Source: Neodothiora populina (lineage: Eukaryota). From it: a stretch of 64,000 nucleotides of DNA. The notes beneath the pieces are model-generated. The model was given only the letters and a program-made list of their open reading frames with translations, was not told where the DNA came from and searched no databases. Of this stretch, positions 23,606-34,942 are shown one piece after another; position 1 is the stretch's first letter; every line of letters begins with the position of its first letter. The translations under genes and the position numbers were made by a program. The stretch is taken from NCBI RefSeq assembly GCF_041146345.1, contig NW_027191408.1:124001-188000 (forward strand), read 5' to 3'.

Positions 23606-25432
23606 GTCGTGTTCCTCACGAGGCGGGTCAGAAACGAGACACACATGCGCACATATATATGACGATACGAATGAGCATAGCAGTAGTAGTAGTAAGCAGT
23701 AAGTTTTTCTAAACAGATACTTTTATGTATACATTTAGTTCCATGTGTAGATGCTGTATCGTTGTTCACCTCCACTCTCACTCTTTGACAATGTCCATGA
23801 TAGTAGACAAACGTAGCCGTATGTAATTGTCGAGCAAGCGAGGTATGCAGGACCGGGAAAGCAAGAGGAGTGAACACGACGACAAATGTGCTAACTCCAA
23901 GAGGCTAGCTCCACGCAGGATGTAGCGTCCTATCTTACTTCACGATCGTCTCACAACAGCCATTCGTCGAGGTGATCACTTCTATCTAGAAATGATTGTG
24001 CGTGATCTGGTCTAGGTACATCGTTCATGCGATAGTATGCTTTTGGTCTATATCAGTAGGTCGTCGAAACGCTATGTGCCTGCGATCACTCCGTCATGGA
24101 TGTCAGGTCTTAGAGACGAGCTCTGGATAAATCTGCCTCATACCAATTTTCCAGAAGGTGAGTATGGACACCGCTGGTTAATAGTAGCTACTGTATAAGA
24201 TCATGGAATGATCGATCGAGTTCGGTGTACCACTCACTCAATCTCTCGTTCTCTGGGTATATCCGCTATGTATGGATCGACAAGAAAGCTAGTACCAGCA
24301 CACTTTGTTAGACCGTAGTCCTCGCCCTATCTGTTCTCACAAAGGTAGTAGATTAAGTTCAATTCCCAAGATTTGCACTCATTGGTTAGAGGGCTTTGTG
24401 GATGTGACTGTCTTGAGAAGGATTGGGAATTGTGTACGTGGATGGATGATCATGGCATTAGGCGAAGCTAAGATCTATGCAGGACATCGTGAAGTATATA
24501 AGGGTGCGTAGAAACTCCGCCGTGTCGATGGTTACTTCACTGGTGGACTACTATATTTTGTTTAGTATGGGTGGTTATGTAGGTGGTAGGCCGATGTTGT
24601 GGAAAGACTTCTGTTCTCGAGGGTATATGGATGGGGAGGTGGAGTTTATACAGTCTGGTATGCTCACGCAGCATAACTCGAGTGACTTTCTATGCTTGTT
24701 CTGCGATAGAATCGTGTGAGATGATTATCTAGACACAATACAACTGGGGATGGCTGCCTCCAGTTTCAACAAAGATGTATACTTTGAGGGAATGCAAAGG
24801 ATTAATTACTCCACCGTGAGTGCGGAACAAAGACACCCAACTTTATCTAAGAGTACTGCGGTAGATGGACAGACAGGGTCAGTACACATGACCAGCAATG
24901 CGCTTAGTAGCAACTGCAGTTGAAACATGTCGGGACTTGAATGGTTGCTACACGACGAGTATCGAATACTCTTTCTGCGTCTGCACAGATGATGATGCTA
25001 CAGATAAGAATAATGTAGAGCCATAGCTTAAGCTGCTACGATATGCAATGCGATTGAAGTCCAATTAGAAAAGAAGAAAAGAAGACTTGACGACGAGCAC
25101 AATCTCACGTACAAGAGGTGTCGAGACGCCCAGGGTCGCCGTGTGGACGGAATCGGACTTGAATCTTTGCGTAGGTATGGCTGGCCTCAAGAACCACAGA
25201 AAGAGACGCCCTGCCTGGTCCATGCATCTCGCTGGGGTCATGATGGATTGGTGAAAACGAATCTTGGCGGGAGAATTGCATGCCAAAAGCAAGTGCTTTG
25301 ACCACAAAGACAGAAAAATCTCAGAATCCACCGTGCTCACAAATCCACCTGCCAAGACTCGCTAAGCGTGCGCACCTACACGGCCGGACCGAGTTTTTGC
25401 GATACGAAGCTACCGCCTGCCGACTTTCTCAT

Positions 25433-25503
25433 GTGAGCGTGTGCTCCTGCTTCTTTTTTTCCTTTCCTCTTCTTCTTTCGACAACCCATACTAACACAAG
25501 CAG
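25433..25503 (+). other. 5'-UTR intron of RPL3 (71 nt), ending 2 nt before the ATG
   Basis: Donor GTGAGC at 25433, pyrimidine-rich body, branch ACTAAC at 25490-25495, acceptor CAG at 25501-25503. Confidence 0.75.
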
Positions 25504-25505
25504 CC

Positions 25506-26830
25506 ATGTCTCACAGAAAGTTCGGTATGCAATGAATTCTTCTTCCATCGTTGCAACAATGCAATTGCAACAGGATCAAGCAGAAGCGCAATTACTGACC
25601 TGATCTCTCCCAACAGAGGCTCCTCGTCACGGTTCCCTGGCATTCTTGCCTCGCAAGAGGGCCACCAGATGCCGCGGAAAGGTAAAGTCCTTCCCCAAGG
25701 ATGACCCCAAGAAGGCCGTGCACTTGACCGCTGCTATGGGTTACAAGGCCGGCATGACCACCATTGTCCGCGACCTTGACCGTCCCGGTGCCAAGCTCCA
25801 CAAGAAGGAGATTGTCGAGGCTGCCACCGTCATCGAGACTCCTCCCATGGTCGTCGTTGGTCTCGTCGGCTACATTGAGACTCCTCGCGGTCTCCGTTCG
25901 CTCACCACCGTCTGGGCCGAGCACTTGAACGAGGAGGTCAAGCGTCGCTTCTACAAGAACTGGTACAAGAGCAAGAAGAAGGCCTTCACCAAGTACGCCA
26001 AGAAGCACTCGGAGAACAACGGCCAGTCCATCACCCGCGACCTCGAGCGCATCAAGAAGTACTGCACCGTCGTCCGTGTCCTCGCCCACACCCAGATCGG
26101 CAAGACTCCTCTCAAGCAGAAGAAGGCCCACCTCATGGAGATCCAGGTCAACGGTGGCTCCATTGCCGACAAGATCGACTTCGCCAACGGCCTCTTCGAG
26201 AAGCCCGTCGAGATCAGCTCCATCTTCGAGCAGGACGAGATGATCGACTGCATCGCCATCACCAAGGGTCACGGTTTCCAGGGTGTCACCTCCCGTTGGG
26301 GCACCAAGAAGCTTCCTCGCAAGACTCACAAGGGTCTCCGTAAGGTCGCTTGTATCGGTGCATGGCATCCTTCCCACGTCCAGTGGACTGTTGCCCGTGC
26401 CGGTCAAATGGGTTACCACCACCGTACCTCGGTCAACCACAAGGTTTACCGCATCGGTAAGGGTGAGGACGCCGGCAACGCCTCCACCGAGTTCGATGTC
26501 TCCAAGAAGACCATCACCCCGTAAGTTTTCTTTCTGTTTCTGTCACCATCAATATACTGATTCCTTTTTTCCAGCATGGGTGGTTTCGTCCGCTACGGAA
26601 ACGTCAACAACGACTTCGTCCTCCTCAAGGGTTGCGTTCCCGGAGTCAAGAAGAGAGTCATGACCCTCCGCAAGAGCATGTTCATCCACACCTCTCGCCG
26701 CGCCCTCGAGAAGGTCGAGCTCAAGTGGATCGATACCTCTTCCAAGTTCGGTCACGGTGCTTACCAGACCCCCGCCGAGAAGAAGCAGTACCTCGGTACC
26801 CTCAAGAAGGACCTCGAGACCTCTGCTTAA
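25506..26830 (+). CDS. RPL3: 60S ribosomal protein L3 (uL3). Exons 25506-25524, 25617-26520, 26575-26830
   Basis: [21 protein letters not shown]...GYKAGMT...[18 protein letters not shown]...[11 protein letters not shown]...[10 protein letters not shown]. Introns 25525-25616 and 26521-26574. Confidence 0.98.
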
Positions 26831-27806
26831 ATTGCTTATTCGTATCGTCGACATTAGCAGCCTGGCTGCGATCCGCACATTGTTTCAAACACGTTGTGCT
26901 CGACCGCTTCTCTGTCCTGCTAATGCCACGCGAAAAGAAAAGTAGTCCATTGCAGATGGCCAATCGTGCCTGATCCTAACAGCCTTGAACAAACAAAATA
27001 CCCAAAAACCACTACCCTGTCATCTTTTTCTTTCTGGGGATGGCAGGGCGAGGGGAAAAGAATCCGATACCAACGAGAATATCATCAATCAATCCAAACG
27101 TTCTATGACCCTCGATTCGTCTACTCTTCTTTCCTGATTATCTGTGATTTTTATCGTGTCGTGTCTCGTCTGTGGCCCGTCCATGTGAATGAGTTTTGTG
27201 TCCACACTTTCACGTTCCAATCTTATGAAAGTCTTGGTGATTGATTTTAGATGTGATCTCTCTGATTGCGCAAGACCGACCATCGGCGTCGCCATGAATA
27301 TACGGAGCCTCGAATTATTCTAAGCAGAGTGTGAAAAATGTATTACACTTGCAAGCTGTGCAACAACAAGAAAGTGCAGTCCGTACATTTCCGCTACTGT
27401 ACCACAACGACAGACAACCCAACTCATGAAGAAAGAGGAATCAAGCCATGCGCACAAGAGGACGGAACAGTAATCAGAAAGAACCCATTACATTTTTTTT
27501 TCGTAATCATAACCATTGCCGCGTTAGGTGTGTGTACTACTTGAATACTAATGCTAGTAAAAACTACTGTGAATGGTATTACTACTGCTGCTGCTGTTGC
27601 TAATCAAGACAGAAGCAAAGGAAAAAAACCTCCGTTTCCTCCAACCTACCGAGCCATAACGTTTCGTGCATGACAACAAAAGAGACAGAGGATAGGTTCG
27701 TCTTTATTTTCGTAATCACTGCCACCTACCCATAACCAACCCCTTGTTTTCGTCATCAGGATACCAAAGGTCCAGACAGGCTTGCTAGAAAGAGGCAACA
27801 GGGCAA

Positions 27807-30800
27807 TCATCCCGTCTCAGTCTCAACACCGGGTTGACGGCCGTCAAGTCCACCAGTGAGTTTGTTCTTGAGCTTCCTGATGCCGATCTTGCCCTCGTCC
27901 TTTGCGAACTTGAGGTTGCGCGCGGGCTTCCACTGCATCAGACCGCGCTGCTTGCGCTCCTCTGTGCGCTTGTTCTGCGAGTTTGCAGACTTGGACGAGG
28001 ACGAGAACTGCGTGTCGTACGAGGCAGTCGTGTTGGTTGTGGTCGACGTGTCGTAGGATGCGCGTCCGGTGCCGCTCGTGCGGTCTGTTGCGGTTGACTT
28101 GCGGCGTTGGGAGGCACCGTTGCCGTTTCCTGATGTCTGGGCTGTTGAGGCGTCGAGGACGCCTAGGTCGCCACTGCTAGAGTCGCTGTCGCTGTCGGCG
28201 TGGCTGTCATCGTCGGAGCTTGGGTTGTTGGGGTCGTGCAGAGGAGGTTCGACGCCGGGTTCGCGCTTCTTGCGGCCCTCGCTGTCCATGTAGGCCTTGG
28301 GGTCTTCGCCAAACGCTCCGCTCCAGTCGTCACCGTCTTTGCTCAGCCATTTCTGCTTCTCGCTTGGGTCGGCGTTCTTGAGGATGTCACGTCCTTCTGT
28401 GAGCGACTCTTCGTGGAGTGCTTGCACTCTATCAGGAAGTTCCTTCTCCACCAGACGCTGGCGGACGCCTTCTGCGAGGCATGCTTCCCAGGTCTCGTAA
28501 GTCTCGCGCGAGTCGTTATCAGCAACGAAGGCTTCGTGGCTCTCGTCCATGCCGGCCTTGAAGCGACCGGCAAACTTGAGTCTGCCGACAACCTCCAGAT
28601 CATCGAGACCTGGCATGGCTTTCTGAGCATTGTCCTCGGTGATGTAGTTCTGCACCAAACGAGCAGAAGCAGAAGAACGCCAGATCGGAATGTCAATCTC
28701 GGTAGGCTCATTGTCGACAAGGTTCTGTAGCCAGTATACGGCATAAGCATCGGCCTTTCGCTTGCCTGAAAGATGGAACTCGAACACGACGGGGCTGCGG
28801 TAACGGTACTTCACAGGAAGCATAGGAGCGTCCTTGTGACTGCCGGGAGTGACATCCCAGTAGTAGCCTGTTCCTTCGGGGTTCTTGTGACAGCTTGTGC
28901 GAGCTAGCTTGGCGATAGAACCTCCTGTCCTCATCTTGATCTTGGCGTGGTGAGGGTAGTCAATGGCAGTGACACGGTCGGAAGTGAATTGGAAAGTACC
29001 AACATCCCATCCGAGCATCTGAGGGGGTAGACGAGTCTCAATGCTGCGGAAGAGGAGAGAGATACGAATGCGACCGAAGCCGATACCGCCATCGAGAGGG
29101 TACCATCTGGTGACCTGAGATGATGTCTCCAAGATGTCTGAGAGTTTCAATGGAACAACACCGAGAATGGGGTCGTGCTCACGGTTGCGCGAGTCGCGAA
29201 CGGTGACCGTGAGAACAGTGGATCGCCAGTCGCGAACAAAACGCTCGGTTCCAGCATTGAAAATAGGGTTGCTGCTGACAGCCTTGGCACGAGTTCGGTA
29301 TACCTGGATAAAGTCAGTAAATAGTATGAAGATACTGGAAGGTATAACTACTTACAAGCTCATCATTGTACAAGATAGTGCAGTAGCTGGTAGGCAGGTG
29401 GCTGCCCTCTTCGTTGCCGTCCTCACCATATGGCTTGGCAGGCTCGTACTCGCGGCCATTCCTACTTCCAGTGGTGCCCTTGACGTTCTCGAGCTCAAGG
29501 TTGACAATTTGGTGAACCACAATACTGCATACACCACTTGGCCACAGAGGGTCAGGAGGGGTGTGCTGGACGGCGTCGTCGGTTGTGGTGTTTGTAGCAC
29601 CCTTTTCGTCTTGGAGGTCCGGGTTGTTCTTGAGAGCATCAGGGAGAGCCTTGTTCTTTCCATCGGTACGCAATGCAGGTCTGAACTGAGGCTTTCCGAA
29701 GAAGCCCACTTCCCAGTGGAGCTCTCCAGGCATCTCACTGTCCTGATCCATACCAGCGAGCTTCGAGACCTGCGGGTACATCTTGCCGGGGTGTTGGATC
29801 ATCTTTTGCATGGACAGTTCGACCTTGCCAACGATGTCATCGGCGCTGTGACGGTCAGAGTCCCAGAGCTCGACACTGAGGTTCTCGTCTGCTTTGATCA
29901 ATTCGGGAGTCACCAAGAGTCTGTCGTATTGTTAGCTAGTGTTCTACTCCGACACCGAGTTTCATCCAACTTACGCGGCGGTTTCCTCCCAGATAGGGTT
30001 CAAGTCATCAGTGATGACACGCGTGCAGTACATGGGCTTGCCGTATTTCGAAAAGGTGAGGGTAATGTAAGGGTCGCTTCCTCCCCATTTACTGCCACGC
30101 TTGTCCTGCTTGCTCAAGCCAACAGCGCGGTGAATCCTGATCCAAAGGACACCAAGAGCTTGGACGTCCTTGGTGATGTCGTCACCCTGCAGCATCGCTC
30201 TCATGTCCATGGACATCGACTTGGGTGCTACGTACATGCTAGCCGCCGCACCAATGGCGTAGTTGACAAAGTTGGAAATCAGTGGGAGATTGAGAATGTT
30301 GGGGCCCTTCTCCATCATAGGGATACAGCCAGCCTGGACGTGCGGTACACCCATGAGCGTGAAGGTCAGAGTCTTTAGGAACGGAGGTTCTGGGGTCAAA
30401 TTGAGTCGCAGTCTAACGGTGCCGACAAGCTCTTGCAACTCGACAAAGATAGGCAGCGGAACTCCAAAAAGGCCCTTAACCCCCAAGTAGAAAACGAGCT
30501 GCATATGCATGTTTCTGGCGCGGTCAGAGACTCCGCTTCTCTTGCCAGCCGGGGGAGCGTGGTAGGCGAAAGAAACCTCCAAGTTGTAGTAATCGCCACC
30601 CTCCTCATCTGCAGCAGCTTCCTGAGGATCCTTGGTCTTCTTGTTCTCCTCATGAATTGCCTGCTTCATCTCTTTCATATGCTCGTCTGGCAGGGCGCGG
30701 AGACTGAGAATGCGAATCGGGTTGATACCTTGGTTGATCTCAGAGACGCGGACGTTCTCGATCATTGCTGGGACCGAAGCTTGCATGACATCCTCAAGAG

Positions 30801-31782
30801 TGTCTGCAACACTCTGGAACATGTCCGGGTTCACGAGACCCCACACGATGCCCATAAGAGTGTTCATCCATTCAACGGACTCGGGGAGGAGGTTGGCGGT
30901 GGCCTGTATCGAGTCAATGAAACATAACTTTGCCATACGCAAACAAGCTTACCGTCTTTCCCCTTTCCTTTTCGCTGTCCCACTCAACTTCTCTGCCACT
31001 TCGCACAACTTCCTTGGCCCAAAGGTACACGCCGGAGCTGACGCACATGGCAAGTGGGATGAGTCCTTTCAGCGAGGCGCCGAACATCTTTCCCAGCACA
31101 ATGATGGAGACAAGGATGCCAATGCAGAGGACGTTGGATTTCGCCTCGAGAGAAGCAAAGGTAGGTTCGTAGCTGACCGAGGGCGTCGGATGGAACAGAA
31201 TGTTGGTCTTTTCTCCATGAATCGGCACATCAGACGTGCTGCCTTCTTGCACGGGGTCTGGAGGCGCGGTGACATCTTGATTGTGCTTGTAGTCGGCTGG
31301 AGAGTCAGTAGCAGATGATTGCACAGTCTGAGCTATGTTAGTCATGCTCCGCGAGCAGCCGCCAGGCCTAAACATACAGTTGGTTTGCCGAGGTTGGCGT
31401 TGGGAACAGATAGCTTGACTTTTGTCAGTGTTGTGTTCATGCCTGAATTTTCACTGCTATCAAGTGAGCTTACCATTGGGTTCTTAGCCGTCTCCACCAT
31501 GTCCTTGTTGACATCCTCGATGATGACTTCTTTTCCGGTAGTTGGGTCTGTCACGAGCTTCTGGTTTTCCTTCGGGTGAAGGGTTGCATGATGCTCCTGG
31601 ACGTCTCCCCCCGTCGCAGGGCGTTGGGCATTCCTGGACTTGATGTCCTGATCAATCTGGCGATCACGATCCTTCTTGTCCTTGTCAAGCTTATCGATGA
31701 ATTGGTTAATGGTAGGGATCTTGTTGTGTCCCGAGTAATGCCCGCCAGGAGCGTGCTGCTGCAGAGGTTCTTCTTCCGCCAT
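27807..31782 (-). CDS. Mug190-like SMP + C2 domain membrane-contact-site protein (tricalbin-related). Exons 31782-31474, 31413-31378, 31327-30953, 30903-29975, 29920-29356, 29303-27807
   Basis: Hydrophobic hairpin (VLCIGILVSIIVLGKMFG...), SMP start PESVEWMNTL, C2 motifs GVLWIRIHRA..L...D..GGSDPY, DLNPIWEE, WDSDRHSADDIVG, RDSRNREHDPILG, and C-terminal RKQRGLMQWKPAR...REPG-like VETE. Five GT-AG introns join the fragments in frame. Confidence 0.88.
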
Positions 31783-32421
31783 GATGAGCGAGGTGGGTGA
31801 ACCGAATGAACCAGCGAAGAGCAAGGAATGATTAGGGAAACAAGAAAAGGAAAAAGGAGAGAGTGAGAGAACTAACACCAGCAAACCTCGATTGATACCT
31901 ACACCATTGGCGCAGAACTTGGAAACGGGTATGCATATGTGGTGCGGCTATCTTGGCTAATACGTCATATGGGGAAGTTGTGGTCGCGCGTCCCTTCCAG
32001 GTTAAGGTAAGGTACCTTTTTAGGTACAAATACTGGTACCTCTTACCTCACCAGCCCCACTGCCCCTTGATTGCGTCGCGCCCGCCATGCCCGTGTCGAT
32101 CGATCTGCATTGTGTTAACCTCATCATCTTGGGTTCAGCCATTGCCGGTGCCAGATTGATGGTACTTCAATTGTTGTGTTGTGAAATAAAGCCTGTGGAC
32201 CACAAGGTAGGCTCTAAGACACTTTTGGATGATTTCCACTATGGAGAATGGTAAATAAAGATGGTCGACCGGACGCAGGGTCCTCGAGCCGTCGGTCAAT
32301 CCCCGCACCATAGTCCGACGATCATGGTTGATGTGAGGCATACTTATCATTCATGTCTATGTTGATATACATACTCCCTTGCAACTTTAATTTTTGAGTG
32401 TGTTTTGAGGTCCTCATAAGC

Positions 32422-33693
32422 ATGTCCGGCTGGTTCACGACGTTCTTGAACTGCCGTCTCTGCATAGGCGGCCGGTTGGTCGTGGATCAATTCGTCGTAT
32501 CTGATGACACTGGTCTGATCCTGCCCAGGACAGGATACATTGGAGGAGAGGCTGTAGATCTAGAAGAGGGTATAATCGCGCCCGGATTCTTGGAATTGCA
32601 GACCAATGGTTTACTCGGGTTCCACTTCACGCACTTCACCGACGAAGAACAATATGCTGCCCAAATCGACAAGGTAGCCAAGCATATGGTGACCCAGGGC
32701 GTGACGGGCTTCTATGGAACGATCCCTACAGTCTCTACAGAGGACTTTAAAAAGGTGAATGAGAGGCCTTGAAGTTCGACTTGAATCAGGTGCAAGACTA
32801 CACGCAGTACTGACAATTGAGGAACCGAATAGATCTTACCTTCGCTGAAACCTCGTGTCATCGAAGACGGCGCGTCCTTACTCGGTGCCCATGCCGAGGG
32901 GCCCTATCTAGATGCGGCAAAGAAGGGTGCTCATGATTCTTCCCTGTTCCACGATGCCACCCAGCCGCCACGTGAAGTATACGGACCCTGCGGTGGGGAT
33001 TCTGAGACGTTGAAGCTTGTGACTTTGGCGCCTGGGGCCGCATCATCAACAAAATTGATCAAGGACTTGACGTCGAAAGACATCAAAGTCGCACTAGGAC
33101 ACAGTTCGGCAAGTTATTCGCAAGGTCTGGAGGCGACAAAAGCAGGCGCGACAGGCTTGACGCACGTACTGAATGCAATGGCACCACTGCATCACCGAGA
33201 ACCCGGACTCGCTGGGCTGGCTACGTTACCGCCCTCGGACGAGACGGCAGGACCTTACTACAGCATGATCCCAGATGGAAACCATCTGCATCCCAGTGTG
33301 GCCACGATGCTCTTTCGCGCAAGCCCGGGAAAGTGCATGCTCATCACGGACAGCGTTGAACTGGCGGGATTGGAAGACGGGGTGTATCCCGGTCACGCGC
33401 AGATCCTGCATCAGCAGCGCAAGACAGGAACCAAGGTCACCATCGACGGAACAGAGACGCTGATCGGAGGATGTGCAAGTCTTCAGGAATGCGTGCGGAA
33501 CGTGATGCAGTGGAGTGGATGTAACGTGGCAGAGGCAGTGAGGTGCGTGACTGAGAACATTGCAGACTTTATGGGCGACAAGTCGCGAGGGAAGCTCGAG
33601 GCAGGGCGTAGGGCAGACTTTGTGGTGATGAACGACGAAGGCGAGGTTCTGCAAACGTGGATGGCAGGGAAGATGGTGTGGCAGAAACGGTGA
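32422..33693 (+). CDS. DAC1: N-acetylglucosamine-6-phosphate deacetylase (NagA/Dac1). Exons 32422-32754, 32833-33693
   Basis: PGFLELQTNG, GVTGFYGT, LGAHAEGPYL, LVTLAP, ALGHS, THVLNAM..LHHREPG, PDGNHLHP, LITDS and GKLEAGRRADFVV. Intron 32755-32832. Confidence 0.92.
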
Positions 33694-34493
33694 TGCGAAC
33701 ACCTCTCGTCTGCTGTCCTCGCCCTTGAATGTGAGCAAAGGCATAGAATCATACAGTAGATGCAATACAAGGGGTAATAGGGGTAGGATGGGCAAAGAGA
33801 GTTGTGACTAAAGAGTGCTTTCTCGGGAGTGACATTTGCAGCTTGCTTTCACCGAAAAAGAAGACAATTAGACAACGATGTCTTCTGACCCTCTGACCCT
33901 TGACCGTTGGTGTCGTAGGGTGAGCCGTGTCTCCAAGCACCGGTAGAAGCAGCAGCGAGGAAGGGAAGCAAGCTGTGGATAGGTAGGTAGACAGAAACGG
34001 CGCCGTTGCCTCGGGAGCATATCTCGTGTATGATCAGATAGAAAGAGTGGAGGGCAATTCCCTCGAGTTCTTCTTTCCTGTTAAACAAGGGTACAAACAG
34101 AGAATAATACAGAGAGACCAATATCATTGTCCGACCAAGAGCGAGAAAGGCTAGATAGACAGACAGACAGAGAACAAAGCGCGGACCGGGTGCAGCAACC
34201 AAGCGTAGCGTGCAAGCGCAAGCCAGAAACCCCCGATGAAGGTGAAGGCGGAGATTGTGTCAGTCCATCCTGCCACTGGACAACGCACTTCCGGCAGCAG
34301 CAGCAGCAAGATCAGAAAAGACAGCAAAAGCCCTGGTGGCCCTGAGCAACATTTCAAGAACACGCATGATTTCTCCGAGAGGATAAAAAACCACAGCAGA
34401 CAAGGACGAGGCCGGAGTGGAATTAGATCGGCTGGAATTAAGACACAGAACAAGGCCGCCTCGGACAACCAAAGTATTCGTGTACAAGCATCA

Positions 34494-34911
34494 ATGGCCG
34501 AAGACGCCAAGGCAGAGGATCTCGTTCACAAGGAGGTCGAGATCCAGAAAGATGATGTGATGGACAGCAGCGAGGAGGAGGGAAAAGATGTGGTATGTTC
34601 TATTACATTTCTTTTCTACCTTATTCAATGTATGGTGTTTCAGGTGCTGCATGTACTCTGTATACAGTAAGGTACACTGTGACATGCGGACAGCTTCCCG
34701 AAGCAGCAGGCACTCCGAATCCGACCGCCTTTCTAGAGGACGACTGCAGCATATTTGCATATCACCATATCACCATATCCACACTCGTGCATACCTTGAA
34801 AAGCACCTTGTGAACCTCGGCTTATTTACTCCAATGACAGGATACCGATTCCTTTGCAGACGCCCAGGACATCAATGACGAGCCCACTCCGAGCGCAGCA
34901 CACCCGGCAGA

Positions 34912-34942
<31 letters not shown>

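Noticed and set aside
23700..25300. 1.6-kb gap between RXT3 and RPL3 as a hidden gene or ncRNA
   Set aside because: Only short motif-less ORFs, and no tRNA boxes or complete snoRNA boxes seen. An ncRNA cannot be excluded without a covariance search.
25592..26440. 282-aa antisense ORF over RPL3, and similar ones over RPS8 (15150-15914) and TRP5 (43827-44807)
   Set aside because: These are shadow ORFs produced by strong codon bias on the sense strand, with no independent motifs.
29134..30378. 414-aa + strand ORF
   Set aside because: It is antisense to well-supported SMP/C2 exons and has no recognisable domain.
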